Positions 51,625 to 64,000 of a stretch of 64,000 nt of DNA are shown here, in pieces. A program made the translations under genes and the position numbers. The notes below the pieces were generated by a model. It had not been told where the DNA came from, made no database searches, and was given only the letters and a program-made list of their open reading frames with translations. Origin of the DNA: Octopus bimaculoides (Eukaryota); assembly GCF_001194135.2 (NCBI RefSeq), contig NC_068987.1, positions 77,543,719-77,607,718 on the forward strand. Reading direction: 5' to 3'. Position 1 is the stretch's first letter. Each line of letters opens with the position of its first letter.

Positions 51625-53109
51625 TGTGTGGGTGTGTGTGTGTGTGTGTGTGTGTGTGAGTGTTTAATATACTTAAATATGTATGTTACATATATATTTA
51701 CAAATATAACATACACGCACACATACTTATGTACATGCACACAGTACAAACGAGAACTAGGACCAAGATTTTCTTGCGTGCCACTTAGCAAGTGATAGGT
51801 GCCGTGTACGGAACTTTCGGTCTTTGATTCACGCTGTAACTTCTACCAATGCCCTTCCAAATAAACTTGCACTTCATTCCAGAAACTTCGAGGAAGCTTT
51901 AGAGTGATGCGCAAGCACTCGGCAGTAAGCTAAAGAAGACGATTGTGTCATTCCTCCTCTAGACAGGATGTTTATTTTATTGACCCGAGAAAAATTAAAA
52001 GTAGATTCAACATCAGCAGGATTTGAACCTGAACCGTACATCAATGAAATCAACTGAGTAAAAATATAGTTCACTATTAGGAAGGGTGTAAACCGGGTCT
52101 GTGTCAGTTTAAAGAGCGGGTGAGAGAGAGAGAGAGAGTAGAGTGTTGTTCAGCCTTAGGCCAGTCTCGGTCGAGTAGAACTCTAATTGAAGTTGTTCCA
52201 GTTGTGACCATCTTTACTTTTTTTTAATGCAGGGAATCCAAGAGCACGCATCCAAGAGCGACGTGTCCGTTTTTAAATTGTTGGGGCATGATTTGAGGAA
52301 GATTTGGCTGTTATTTCCTAGCAGGTCGAATGACCACGTAGAGCAGGTTTGGGTAACCTTTGGGCTGCATGAAACATGGTCTACGATCAGGCGAGTCACA
52401 CGACTAAAAATAATGCAGGCATTTTTTTTGTTTCTTTTTTCGTTAGGCAAGCCATTCAGAAAGTTCTGCGGGCCGCAGTTTGCCCACGACTGACGTAGAG
52501 ACTTGTTGAAAGATAAGTATAATTGAGCGGATATGAGACAGAAAACAGAAGAAAAAAGAATTAGATCAAAACGTAAATGGGTATGTAGAAGTGGAAAGGG
52601 TGCTGAAACTATTGGGTAGATTTTGTTACAAGTGAGTCAACGGCAAAATGGAGTGAGTGAAATAACAAGCGCATGTGTATGGTGTAATATGTATGAAGTG
52701 AAAGCGACGAGAGAGTGAGAGAAAGAAAGAGGCAGAGGGAGAAATGTGAATGATAGAAAATATTAAGAACTCGGTTAGATTAGAATGATGGATGAAAGAG
52801 AGGAGATACTATTGGGTTAATAAACTGAAAGCGAGTGCGGTAAAGTGCAGCGGATGAGATGATAGTAAGAGGTAGCAAGAGAAGGGTAATATTGAAAATC
52901 TAGATAGGTAAGACTGAATAGATAAGCATAGAAGGATGAAAGACTGTCCTCGGACCGACAGCAAGAAATTTTGAGTTACGACTTATAGAAACTTATCTTT
53001 AAATAAATTGTTATTTCGCTCTACAATACAGTTTTGAATTTTTTTTTTTATTTCTTACTTAATTGAAACCCATACCAGTGAGAAACCACTTCACACACGG
53101 ACACATACA

Positions 53110-53113
53110 TACT

Positions 53114-53182
<69 letters not shown>

Positions 53183-53206
53183 GTAGGTAGGTAGATAGGT
53201 AAGTAT

Positions 53207-53238
<32 letters not shown>

Positions 53239-53291
53239 GTACGTATGTAGGTAGGTAGACAGACAGATAGATAGATAGATAGGTAAGTAGG

Positions 53292-53330
<39 letters not shown>

Positions 53331-53431
53331 GTAGGTATGTAGGTAGGTAGACAGATAGATAGATACACACACACACACGCACATATACGCCTATGGGAAG
53401 AGAGACTGATATAGACAGATTGGTAGGTAGG

Positions 53432-53463
<32 letters not shown>

Positions 53464-53465
53464 CA
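53110..53465 (+). repeat. (GATA)n/(GGTA)n microsatellite array
   Basis: Seen directly. Source of the YLSI-repeat ORFs. Confidence 0.95.
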
Positions 53466-53891
53466 GACAACGGTTTTAAAGAGATAGGGAGAAAGTGAGA
53501 AGAGAGATTTAGATGAGAAAGATGTAAAAAAAATTATTGTGTTGCTTGGTGAAGAAAGAAGAGGCGGAAATAAAAAGTAAAAATAAATTATATCGGTTAT
53601 GTAGAGTATACGAGTAGAAAACGTGAGAGATATTATGTGCAGTGGTTTTAACGACAGAAACAAGAGAGAAGACAGAAAAGCGAGAGGATAGGATTGTTGT
53701 TAGACAGAAACAGAGGCAGTCAGATAGGGGTAAAGTACACAAAATATTGCATAACCGGATACAATGAAGAAACGAAGTCTCAAACTCATGTTACAGCACG
53801 CACGCACACACTCACACACACGGACATATACTTTCTCACTCGCACACATATACTCTCTCTCTCTCACACACTTACAGAACATACACAAACG

Positions 53892-53948
<57 letters not shown>

Positions 53949-55165
53949 NNNNNNNNNNNNNNNNNNNNNNNNNNNNNNNNNNNNNNNNNNNNNNNNNNNN
54001 NNNNNNNNNNNNNNNNNNNNNNNNNNNNNNNNNNNNNNNNNNNNNNNNNNNNNNNNNNNNNNNNNNNNNNNNNNNNNNNNNNNNNNNNNNNNNNNNNNNN
54101 NTATATATATATATATGTACACTCACACACACGCACATGCATATAGTCGGCTGCGTGTGTGTGTATGTGTGTGTACATATGCATCAATGAACACTTATCA
54201 ACATTAAGAAGCGGAAAAGAAGAACGTGTCTGTGCGGTTATGGTGTGTGTGTGTGTATGGGGGGGGGGAACCTGTCTAGTTCGCTTTCCTCAGAGCTGAG
54301 AGTGACTTCTCTCATTGAATTTCCCCCCCCCCCAGTGATCGATAAAATAAAGTACAAATATACAGTTTGGGTTGTTTGAATTGACCTTGCACTCATTCAG
54401 AACACTATGATGTCTGATTTTTGTCAGCCTTCGCAGATTTTCATAATTACTAATCAAATACTATTAATTTTACTATTGTTTAACCCCAAATCAGCCCTTA
54501 TTGAGCAGGCCTATGATTAATTGCTATCAAACCGTGATCACCCCTCACTATTATATTTACAATATCTGTATTTACAATATCTGTATTTACAATATATCCA
54601 ATACAGTACTTCCTTTTTATTGTTTTCCTTTTCTTTAAAGACAATTAAGGTGTGGTTTAATAGTGATTTGGTTGCTATTTCTAGCAAGTCGAATTGCTCC
54701 TACGTTGGCTCGTATATATGAATGTTATTTGTCATAACTTACAAAATGTATTGTAACTTATATCCGGTTATCCGATTGAGTAAAATCATATGATTATGAG
54801 TTTACTCATATTATTATGGTGTGGTGACAAACTCCCATCGATCGGGTCCTCAGTGTGCAAATAGAGGAATGACACGTAGATATACAGGCTGGATGCAAAT
54901 ACTCAATAAATAGTTCCGGACAAAATCACAAGTTGCCCTTTGACAAGGCATAGCACTCGTTAGCCACCCTGCCAGGGTCATAGTGAAATACTAAAGCCCT
55001 GAAAAGAACTGAAATGTTATTATCGTTGGAAAGCTGGATATTAGTAGGGAATGGAAAATAATTTGATTTTAGATTTCTTCCCACTTCACAGCACAAATTA
55101 CATTTTTATGAATTTTGGTCTGGAAAACCTGTCAGTTTGACGGGCATTATTACAATCGTCTATAG

Positions 55166-55807
55166 CAGTGGTTCTCAACCTGGGTTCAAAAAGCCCTTGG
55201 GAATCCGTATAAGATTATGTTGTTAAAATTTAACTGCAATAAATTAGTTATACGTTTATAATACACTAGTGGAGGCGCAATGGCCCATTGGTTCGGGCAG
55301 CGGACTCGTAGGATCGCGGTTTCGATTCCCAGACCGGGCGTTGTGAATGTTTATTGAGCGAAAACGCCTAAAGTTCCACGAGGCTCCGGCAGGGGATGGT
55401 GGCGAACCCTGCTGTACTCTTTCACCACAACTTTCTCTCACTCTTTCTTCCTTTTTCTGTTGCACCTGTATTTCAAAGGGCCAACTTTGTCACACTGTGT
55501 CACGCTGAATCTCCTCGAGAACTACATTAAGGGTACACGTGTCTGTGGAGTGCTCAGCCACTTGCACGTTAATTTCACGAGCAGGCTGTTCCGTTGATGG
55601 GATCAACTGGAACCCTCGTCGTCGTAACCGGCGGAGTGCCAACTACATAATACACTAAATATTTTAGCAATTTTTTATTATACAATTCTCAATAATATTT
55701 AATTATAAAGATATATGATTTTTTTTTTTCAACATCGAATGGCTAGGAGGATCCCCCAAGTAAAGTAGGAGTCAAAGGTACAAAAAAAAAATGATCGAGA
55801 AACACTG
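55166..55807. mobile_element. hAT-type MITE interrupted by a SINE
   Basis: Ends CAGTGGTTCTCAACC / GATCGAGAAACACTG. 8-bp TSD GTCTATAG / TTCTATAG (7 of 8 match). Confidence 0.8.
55269..55646 (+). mobile_element. SINE family B copy with TSD, nested in a hAT MITE
   Basis: 11-bp TSD ATAATACACTA at 55258-55268 and 55647-55657. Confidence 0.9.
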
Positions 55808-56360
55808 TTCTATAGGAACTGTGACCATAGACAAGAAATTAACGATCAAAAGACATTTGTCCGAGCAAGCTCGACCAGATGATGACGACGATGACGACGA
55901 AAATCATAATGTTAAAGTAGGTGCGCCAGACGATAATACTTTTTATAGTTACAACAAATTACTATAGCTTTTGGAAACTATGTCTTTCTCATTATCCAAT
56001 TTGACAATCATACAAAACCATAACTGGCACACACTGTACGTTGTTTATAGAAATATGCTATTGAAATGTATCAATCCGTATAGAAGAAAATAGGAAAAAG
56101 GTATATATCAAGGTATATATTTCAGTTTAGGTATTCGAGTTTCAAAATTTTTTTTTTTTACTTCATGTAAAACGAAAAATTTTATTTCATTTTATTTCCG
56201 GACTTCGTAAAACTGTATTACGTTATGAGTCATTGGTAATTCTCATTTACTGATTATGCACTTCAAATATTTTCTTACAAAAATTTCCCATGTAACTAAA
56301 TATGTACAGAAATGCTACCAATAGACATAACACACGCACACACACACACATTTGCTCAAC

Positions 56361-56397
<37 letters not shown>

Positions 56398-57333
56398 GGC
56401 ATTATGATGCATCCTTTAGAGAGGGCCCCCAATAAGATTTTGAGAGGGTCCATGAAGCAAAATAGTCCCCAGTGTTCAACTGGTATTTAATCTTGGCAAG
56501 GTGTCAGCCGCAATAGCTAGAGATTAAGAAAAAGTTGTTATTCCTCAAAATGGTTGCGGAATTACATCTCGCTTCTTCCGTCCCAGATCTCACCACAATA
56601 GCTTCAAACTTCTTTCCTCAGGTGATGTGGGTCTTTTGTTGCCACACGTACCCAAGGCATTTTTGTACTTTGCTCTCAGGAGCAGTATGTTACCGTGCAT
56701 CTTGCAATATTTTCTATATGGAGGGTTTAGAGCTACCCTTCTGCCATCTCTTTTTACAATTTTATTTACCAATTTTGATTCTTCTTCGTCTATGAGGAAA
56801 CTTGTGCCATATTTCCCGCCGCTGACACAAAAGACGCAGAGGCTTTGTTTCATTTCTTTTGTGTTGCTGTTGTTGTTGTCACTGCTGCTGCTGTTGCCGT
56901 TGTTTTTCTTGCTGTCGACACCAAAAGTGTTGACGTTGCATAGAGACAAGACATTTTTACCTCGGTGACGACGTCATTAAGTTTAGGCCATTCGATATTC
57001 ATATTCTCAATTCTTTCCTCATTCTCAATTTTTCTCAACAAGGAGCACATTTCTTTGTCGAACATTATGATGGCTTCTTTATCAGCCACCTTTAAATAAT
57101 TACAGAAAATTGCAAAATATTTGTTTTTACCGAAACCAGATCAAATTCAAAAATCATTGAAGCCCAACCCCTGCAAAGCAGGTGGTGTTTCTACACAAAA
57201 ATGCTATCTGCACAGTTCAGACAATCTCGAAATGTAATGGTAATAATAGAAATGAAAAGATGGGACCTTAGAAGGCCGAAAAAGATTACAAACACTTTTT
57301 CAACTTACAGAGCACCAAATTTCTGTGGTGGCC

Positions 57334-57383
<50 letters not shown>

Positions 57384-58423
57384 TGCCCAGATGCAGTACC
57401 AGGCAGTAGCTCTCATGGCATCTGATCTTAATTGATTGGAAGTGTTATCATGTACATTGTTTTGTCTTTGTATAAAAGATGGGCTGCTTAATACCACAGA
57501 TTTGCTTGTCAGTTGTTTGACCTTAACCAGTTGAGCATGTCCCTTGGTGGCTGACGATATGTGCATCTCTGATCATGAGCAGAAGTAGTAGGGGAGCATC
57601 ATAGCTATGTGTTGAGAGGAATTCTTTGGGGTTTGAATAATTCACCTTTGGAAACATGGGTGTTTTGCTCAACATCTTTAAACAAATCTTATTCTGGGGC
57701 ATTTTGAGCGGGATAGGCTACTCGACCTGAAGAAAATTCTAACTGGGCCTCACCTGCAAGGTCATGCGCTGTTTATCTTGATATGAGATCACCATGTCGC
57801 GCACATATGGTTATGATGCATGTGCCTGGTGTACCCTTATCAGACGGGTAGTCATAATGGGTATAATGGGCTTCGTATATTTTACCCCAGTGTCACTTTG
57901 ATGGCATGCACTGCTCTCTCACTCAATAATTATAATAATAACAATTTCTTTATAGACTACAACAGGTTTACATCAAGGAAGACATCATGGATGACACAGG
58001 TCAAAAATTGAATGTGTGTATGTATGTGGGTGCAAGGTTGATATCTCATGTTGTACTCCACTGTAGTGGAGTGTGGAACTAACTACTTAGCCTGTTCTTT
58101 GGTAACACGTCACGTTTTATTATGCCGTACACTCATACATATACATGTACATACACGCATGCATGTACACACACACACACAGAAAAACTTTTAGGTCAAC
58201 AAATGTTAAAGGTTAACTTCTTGACCTATAAGAAAGTCAAAGACAAATGAAATACGCAGAGAGACAACCCAATCATGTTGCTTCCATAAAATATAATTTA
58301 AAAAGGAAAAACAAAACCAACAACATTCAAAATTAAACAAAACTGAAAACAAATTTTATAATTCTTGAAAGGTTTAGGTTGGTGAAAGATTACAAAAATG
58401 TCTTGGAAACAATTTGGTGAACT

Positions 58424-60148
58424 CAGTTCTATATTAAGAGATGGGGAATTATGTACATTATTTACATTTCACAGATATTTCTCCTCATCTTATTTGTTTG
58501 TTGTTAACACATTTCGGCTGATATGCTCTCCTACCTTCTTCAGGTGTCTTGGGGAAATTTCGAACCTGGATTCTCATTCCTAAGGTATTTTTCGATGTTA
58601 TTCTTATTGTTGTTCAGGACACTGCTTGAAATCGAACTCGGATTCTTGGGGTTAGTAGCCCGCGCTCGTAACCACTACGCCATATGCACATGGGCAATTC
58701 TGGTGTGAATTTTAGGGCTTATAAATCTAATATTTTCCTATCCTTCCTTAATACCGGTTCCCATATGCTGCTCATATCAGCATTCGGTCTGCTTAGGAGG
58801 CTGCTGTGTCCTAGCATATGTGCTGCTTCTTTTAGTTTCCGTATTTTCCAGTAGTGTTCTCTGTCTATTATTTTAACTTTATCCCACAGGGGGAGGTGGT
58901 CTCCATTTTTCCATACATTATCAGCTATACCTGATTTATCAATATCTCCTCGTGTCACAGCTTTGCGATGTTAGTCTACCCTTATTTTGAGGGGTGGCAC
59001 GTTTCGCCTTTGTATAACCTATCACAGCTGCATGGGATGGAGTACACGCAGTCTTTGGTCATATTCTCTTCTATTGGTGGCTTTATTCGAAGGAGATATT
59101 TGCGAAGTGTTGTATTACTCTTGAATACTGTCCTGTTGTCATATGGGCCACATATCTTTTGTATCTTTTCGGAGAGGCCTTTCACATAGGGCAGACTATG
59201 GACAGTTTATTGGCCTCATTCTCTCTCTTCTTCATAATTGGAGTGGAGTATACTTTTGGGGTAATTGTTGCTTAACAGATCGTTATTGAGCTTGATCATT
59301 TCTTCGTGTTGTGTATCACGATCGCTACTTATATTCTTTGCACAATGTTTTAGGCATTGAGCAATCCCTCTCTTTACGCTGTATAGATGGTGGGAATTGA
59401 AGTTGAGGTATCATCCAGTAAAGGTCGACTTGCGGTATACGGATGTCATGAATCCATACTTGGTGCGTGTTATTGATACGTCCAGGAATGCCAGCTGATT
59501 GTCTTTTCCCTTTTCCATTTTGAACTGTATAGATGGCTTTATTGAGTTCACATGATCTAACAGCACTTGGACATCTTCCTAGTGGGGGCCAGAGTATAAA
59601 GGTGTCATCAACATATCGTAGCCATAAGCTTGGTTTTAGTGGTGTTGATCCTAAAGCCAAATTCTCAAAGTATTCCATGTTTATATTGGCTATTACCGGT
59701 GATAATGGCGAACCCATAGCTAAACCCTTCTCTTGTCGATATATATCACTGTCCATACTGAAGTAGGTAGTTTCTACACAGAAAGTCAACATTTCCATCA
59801 AGTTTCTTATTGGTATACTAGTGCGTTCTTTTAGACGGGTGTTTGTCACTAGTTTTTCTTGTATCACTGATAGTGCTTCACTAGTTGGGACTTTGGTGAA
59901 CAGGCTTATCACATCTAGACTCACCGTCTGGATGGATTCAATAGGAGTATCTTTGATCAGTTCTGTGAAGTGGGTGGAATTCTTCACGTACGATGTTGAC
60001 TTTCTTGCTAATGGACTGATTATATCCACAAGGAAGCGGTTCAGTGGATGACATGCTGAACCTCTACAGCCCACTATAGGTCTTAATGGAATACCATCCT
60101 TGTGATTCCAAGATTCCGAGTTCGATTCCAAGTAGTAACCTGAACAAT

Positions 60149-60243
<95 letters not shown>

Positions 60244-60401
60244 CAACATCGAAAAATACCTTTGGAATGAGAACCCAGGTTCGAAATTTCCCCAAGACAC
60301 CTGATGAAGGCTGGAGGGTATATCAGCCGAAACGTTGTGTTAACAACAAACAAAATGAGGACAAATATCCGTCGAATGTAAATAATGTAGATAATGTAAA
60401 T
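58424..60401 (-). mobile_element. Penelope-like retroelement (5'-truncated RT + GIY-YIG, decayed) with a sense 3' terminal repeat and an inverted 5' partial repeat
   Basis: RT motifs PLRPIV, SLDVISLF, GLAMGSPLSPVIANI and WLRYVDD (~60100-59590). After a frameshift it continues IQFKMEKE..FLD..VYRK. Endonuclease: VYSIPCSCDRLYKGET and RKLKEAAHM. 13-bp TSD AATTTGGTGAACT at 58411-58423 and 60402-60414. Confidence 0.92.
60294..60341 (+). ncRNA. Minimal type-I hammerhead ribozyme motif in the inverted Penelope terminal repeat
   Basis: GACAC-CTGATGA-A-GGCTG(N10)CAGCC-GAAA-CG-TT-GTGTT: catalytic core, stem II, palindromic ACGT in place of stem III, and stem I GACAC/GTGTT. Confidence 0.7.
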
Positions 60402-61802
60402 AATTTGGTGAACTGTTGTGAATTATGATGATTTGATGGATTAACTTTATTCTAACACCATATTTTTGGCAGAAATTCATGTCTGTGTTTCAATAAATTT
60501 TGAAGATTACCAGATAGCTCTTATGGATGAGTTTACAATTTTTTTCCCCCACTGAGATTTTCAGGTGTTTTGTTGGTCATTGGTAACCCTAAATACTCAT
60601 CGTCTTAAACTGACACTTCATCTGTGTTTGCTGGAAAATTTGTGAGTAACTTGAAAAATATGTACCCAAAGCATCATGAAGCATTTTGAGGGTTTGGTAG
60701 CAGATTTGAGGGCAGTGAATTAGTAGAGTCATTGCAGGTCAAACAAAATGTTTTGTGGTATTTAGTGAAGGTACTTAACATTGGGAGTTTAAATCTCATC
60801 AAGGCTAACTCAGCATTTCATCCTTTCAGGGTCAATAATGTGAAAGAGTAGTCCAGTTTAGGGGTTGATTAATTGATTAACCCTAACCATGGCTGGATTT
60901 AGATCTAGTGGGTTTCCTGGGTCAATAGGTTTTGGCCCCACAAATTTGCTAATCCAAAAAATAATGATAGATTAAATCTAGGACCCTAAATAGTTTAAAG
61001 AGACACCAAAACTTAAAAAGAGCCTCAGCAGATTCAGAGAGACTGAACGGCTTTTTAAATCTAAAAGGGCCCTATATATCAGAAGAGGGCTCAATAAATT
61101 TAAATTAAGTCTACTGGATTAAAAAAAATATTAACCAAAAAAATTACAAATTATATAATTATTGGAAGTGTGTTTTTTAATTTTTAACTCTAAGCTTTAG
61201 GTTACTCTGAGTTAAAAAAGTCCCCAATGCTTTGGGTCCCAATGCTTTGGGCTCCCATGCTTAGGAGGCACTGGACCATGGCCCATATGGACCCATCTGT
61301 CCCTGCCCCAACCCCTAAAATTTCTGGCTTTGTATCTTAAATTAGAAACGATTATTAATCTGATCTTGTGTACAATGGCTTATCAGATTCATTAAGGAGT
61401 CAGACAAAACTCTTTACAGCGTTCAATTACTATTCTTAATGTTCTCAGTTTAAATCCTGCCATGGTCAACATTGCCTTTCGTCCCTCTGGGTTTGACAAA
61501 ACAAAAGACCAATCAAGCGCACAGACCAAAATAATTAACTTTTTCTTTGCCACAAATTCCTGGCCTTGTACCTACATCAGAAATTATTATTATTATGTTG
61601 GTATTTAAGACAACATAAAGCAGCAGAATGATTAGCATGCCGGACAAAATGCTTAGCAGCATTTCTTCCAGCTCTATATTCTGAGTTCAAACTCAGTTGA
61701 AGTTAACTTTGCCTTTCGTTCTTTCAGAATTGATAAAATAAGAACCAGTCAAGCACTGGGGTTGATTACAATGATCAGCACCCATCCCTCAAAACTTCAG
61801 GT

Positions 61803-61850
<48 letters not shown>

Positions 61851-62845
61851 GTTTAATGTCCACTTTCCATACTGCCATGGGTTGGATGGTTTGACTGAGG
61901 GCCGGCGAACCAGATGGCTGCACCAGGCTCCAATCTGATCTGGCAGAGTTTCAACAGCTGGATGCCCTTCCTAATGCCAACCACTCTGAGAGTGTAGCGG
62001 ATGCTTTTACGTGCCACCGGCACGAGGGCCAGTCAGGTGGTACTGGCAATGGCCACACTCAAATGGTGTTTTTTTATGTGCCGCCTGCACAGGAGCCAGT
62101 CCAGTAGGACTGGCAACGACCTCACTCAAATGTTGTTTTTCACATGCCACCGGCACAAGTGCCAGTAAGGCGACACTGGTAACAATGAGCATTTCATGCC
62201 AATAAGAAGAAATAATTTTGTTGGTGTTTAGAAACAACTTAACAAAAAGAGCTTATATAAAATCACCTGGGAAGGGTTTGATTCTTTATCTGAAATTTTA
62301 AAACATGTGGTTTTCAATATCACAGAATATATCACTAGAAGTGGTGTCAGATGGGCTGGTATTCATAGAAGTGTTGATGAACTTCTCATCATTATTGAGA
62401 AAGCCATGATAATTTGATGTGTAGGTGGTTATGATAATTTGATGCATTGGAATAAGCAGGTAGAACAGTCATTGTTTAAAATGAATAGGATTCATCATAT
62501 ATGTGTGACACATGTGTCTCTGGATGTCAACAAATGAATGTATGTGTGTGTGCGTGCATGCGCATGTTTTTTGTTTATGTGTGTGTGGGGGGGTGTGCTT
62601 GCATATGTGTGTATGTATATGTGTGTATTCATTTATTCTTTTATTCTTTTACTTGTTTCAGTGATTTGACTGTGGCCATGCTGGAGCACCACCTTTAGTC
62701 GAACAAATTGACCCTAGGACTTATTCTTTGTAAGCCTTGTACTTAATTTATCGGTCTCTTATTGCCGAACCGCTAAGTTACGGGAGCGTGAACACACCAG
62801 CATTGGTTGTCAAGTGTGTGTGAGTGTGTGTGTGTCTGTGTACAC

Positions 62846-62903
<58 letters not shown>

Positions 62904-63924
62904 GCTTTACCTTCTTACTTATTTACTAGTGCATGATGTGTTTTATGTCCGGCATACGTAATACTTTATATAGGTGTATATTAGGAAAAAAAAAACTTGA
63001 AAGAAGATGAAACAACATTGAAATAAAAGAAACATTTAATAGATCTAAATGCATATTGGTTTTATTTGCTTTTATTTCTGTATTTAGCATTATATACAGT
63101 GAACCACAGAGAGGAAATTTTGACAATAAATTTGTATACAATATTTATGGCAAATTTAACATTTTCTTAACTGGGCGTGCCTGTAAGATCCTCTCGGTAT
63201 AATAAATTGACTTTGACCAGCAAAAATCTTTACAACTGATGGATCTCCGACTCTACTGAAAGCAAATGTAACTATGTGTGAAGATGTTTGTAGTATTGTA
63301 AAGAGAATAAAATCAAACAAAGGAAAATGAATATTTATTCACAAGTTTTCTTAAGTGAAATGAAAGGAACAGAGTTACTTCATTAGCTCATGTAACCCTT
63401 TTGCTATTCTCTCAATCACCTTAGTAGGGTCCACTGAGAAGCAGCATAACGAAACTGATGCTATTTTGGTTACAAGCTTTATAGCCAAGTATCTTTCTCC
63501 TATGAGAGCTGTCCTCCCGACGGCCTCCCTTTTTTTTTTTCTCTATTCTTGGGAAATTTATTTAATCCATAGCTGGCACCATGAGAGGTACTACAGCAGC
63601 AGATCAGAATAGACTTGGAAGTAATGGCAATTAAGAGGTAACTTCATACTCTCTACTACTTCAGAATTCCTGAACTGGATTTCCACTGCCAAATGCAGTT
63701 TAATGTCCTACCTAGAACATACATACATACATACATACATACATATGGACGGCCAGACGGACAGACAGAGTGAGAGAAGAGTGGGGGGAGTTGCAAATCA
63801 AACCAGACGTTATCTTACAACGAGACAGAGCTATTATAGTGACTAGAGTCCTTCCACAAAGGAAGGAAATAATTATTTATGAAGAGACGAAAGTTCCATC
63901 ACTGGAATTGGCTAGCATCACACA

Positions 63925-63957
<33 letters not shown>

Positions 63958-63958
63958 A

Positions 63959-64000
<42 letters not shown>

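Noticed and set aside
60100-60353. Poly-Tyr/poly-Cys N-terminus of the 342-aa ORF
   Set aside because: Read-through of the inverted terminal repeat's microsatellite. The real RT homology starts near 60100.
60885-61340. Possible MITE with CATGGCTGGATTTAG / CTAAAATTTCTGGCTTTG ends
   Set aside because: The terminal match is too degenerate and no TSD is resolvable.

Overview
Eukaryotic, AT-rich, microsatellite- and SINE-dense DNA with eight N-gaps. The repeat families suggest an octopus/cephalopod draft genome (inference). The only host gene I can reconstruct is a minus-strand family-18 glycoside hydrolase (chitinase-like). It has eight exons (27498-27434, 16663-16384, 15213-15102, 11017-10896, 8265-8142, 7487-7302, 5677-5558, 2903-2727), all GT-AG and phase-compatible, encoding ~395 aa. 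The DGIDLDWE catalytic motif is intact, there is no C-terminal chitin-binding module, and the ATG exon was not found. Everything else is transposon-derived: several tRNA-derived SINE families, RTE, Dong/R4-like, Hero-like and L1/Tx1-like LINE fragments, a Penelope-like element, a DD37D Tc1/mariner relic, mariner/pogo/hAT MITEs, a Helentron-type HINE, an ISL2EU-like SAP-SWIM relic and a long-TIR element. The most interesting signal is the Penelope-like family. Its terminal repeat combines a tRNA-like head, a microsatellite and a minimal hammerhead ribozyme, and it occurs in two insertions with the same inverted geometry and 13-bp TSDs. Almost all ORFs in the supplied track are repeat or microsatellite artefacts. 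All calls come from manual reading and recalled motifs; no searches were run.
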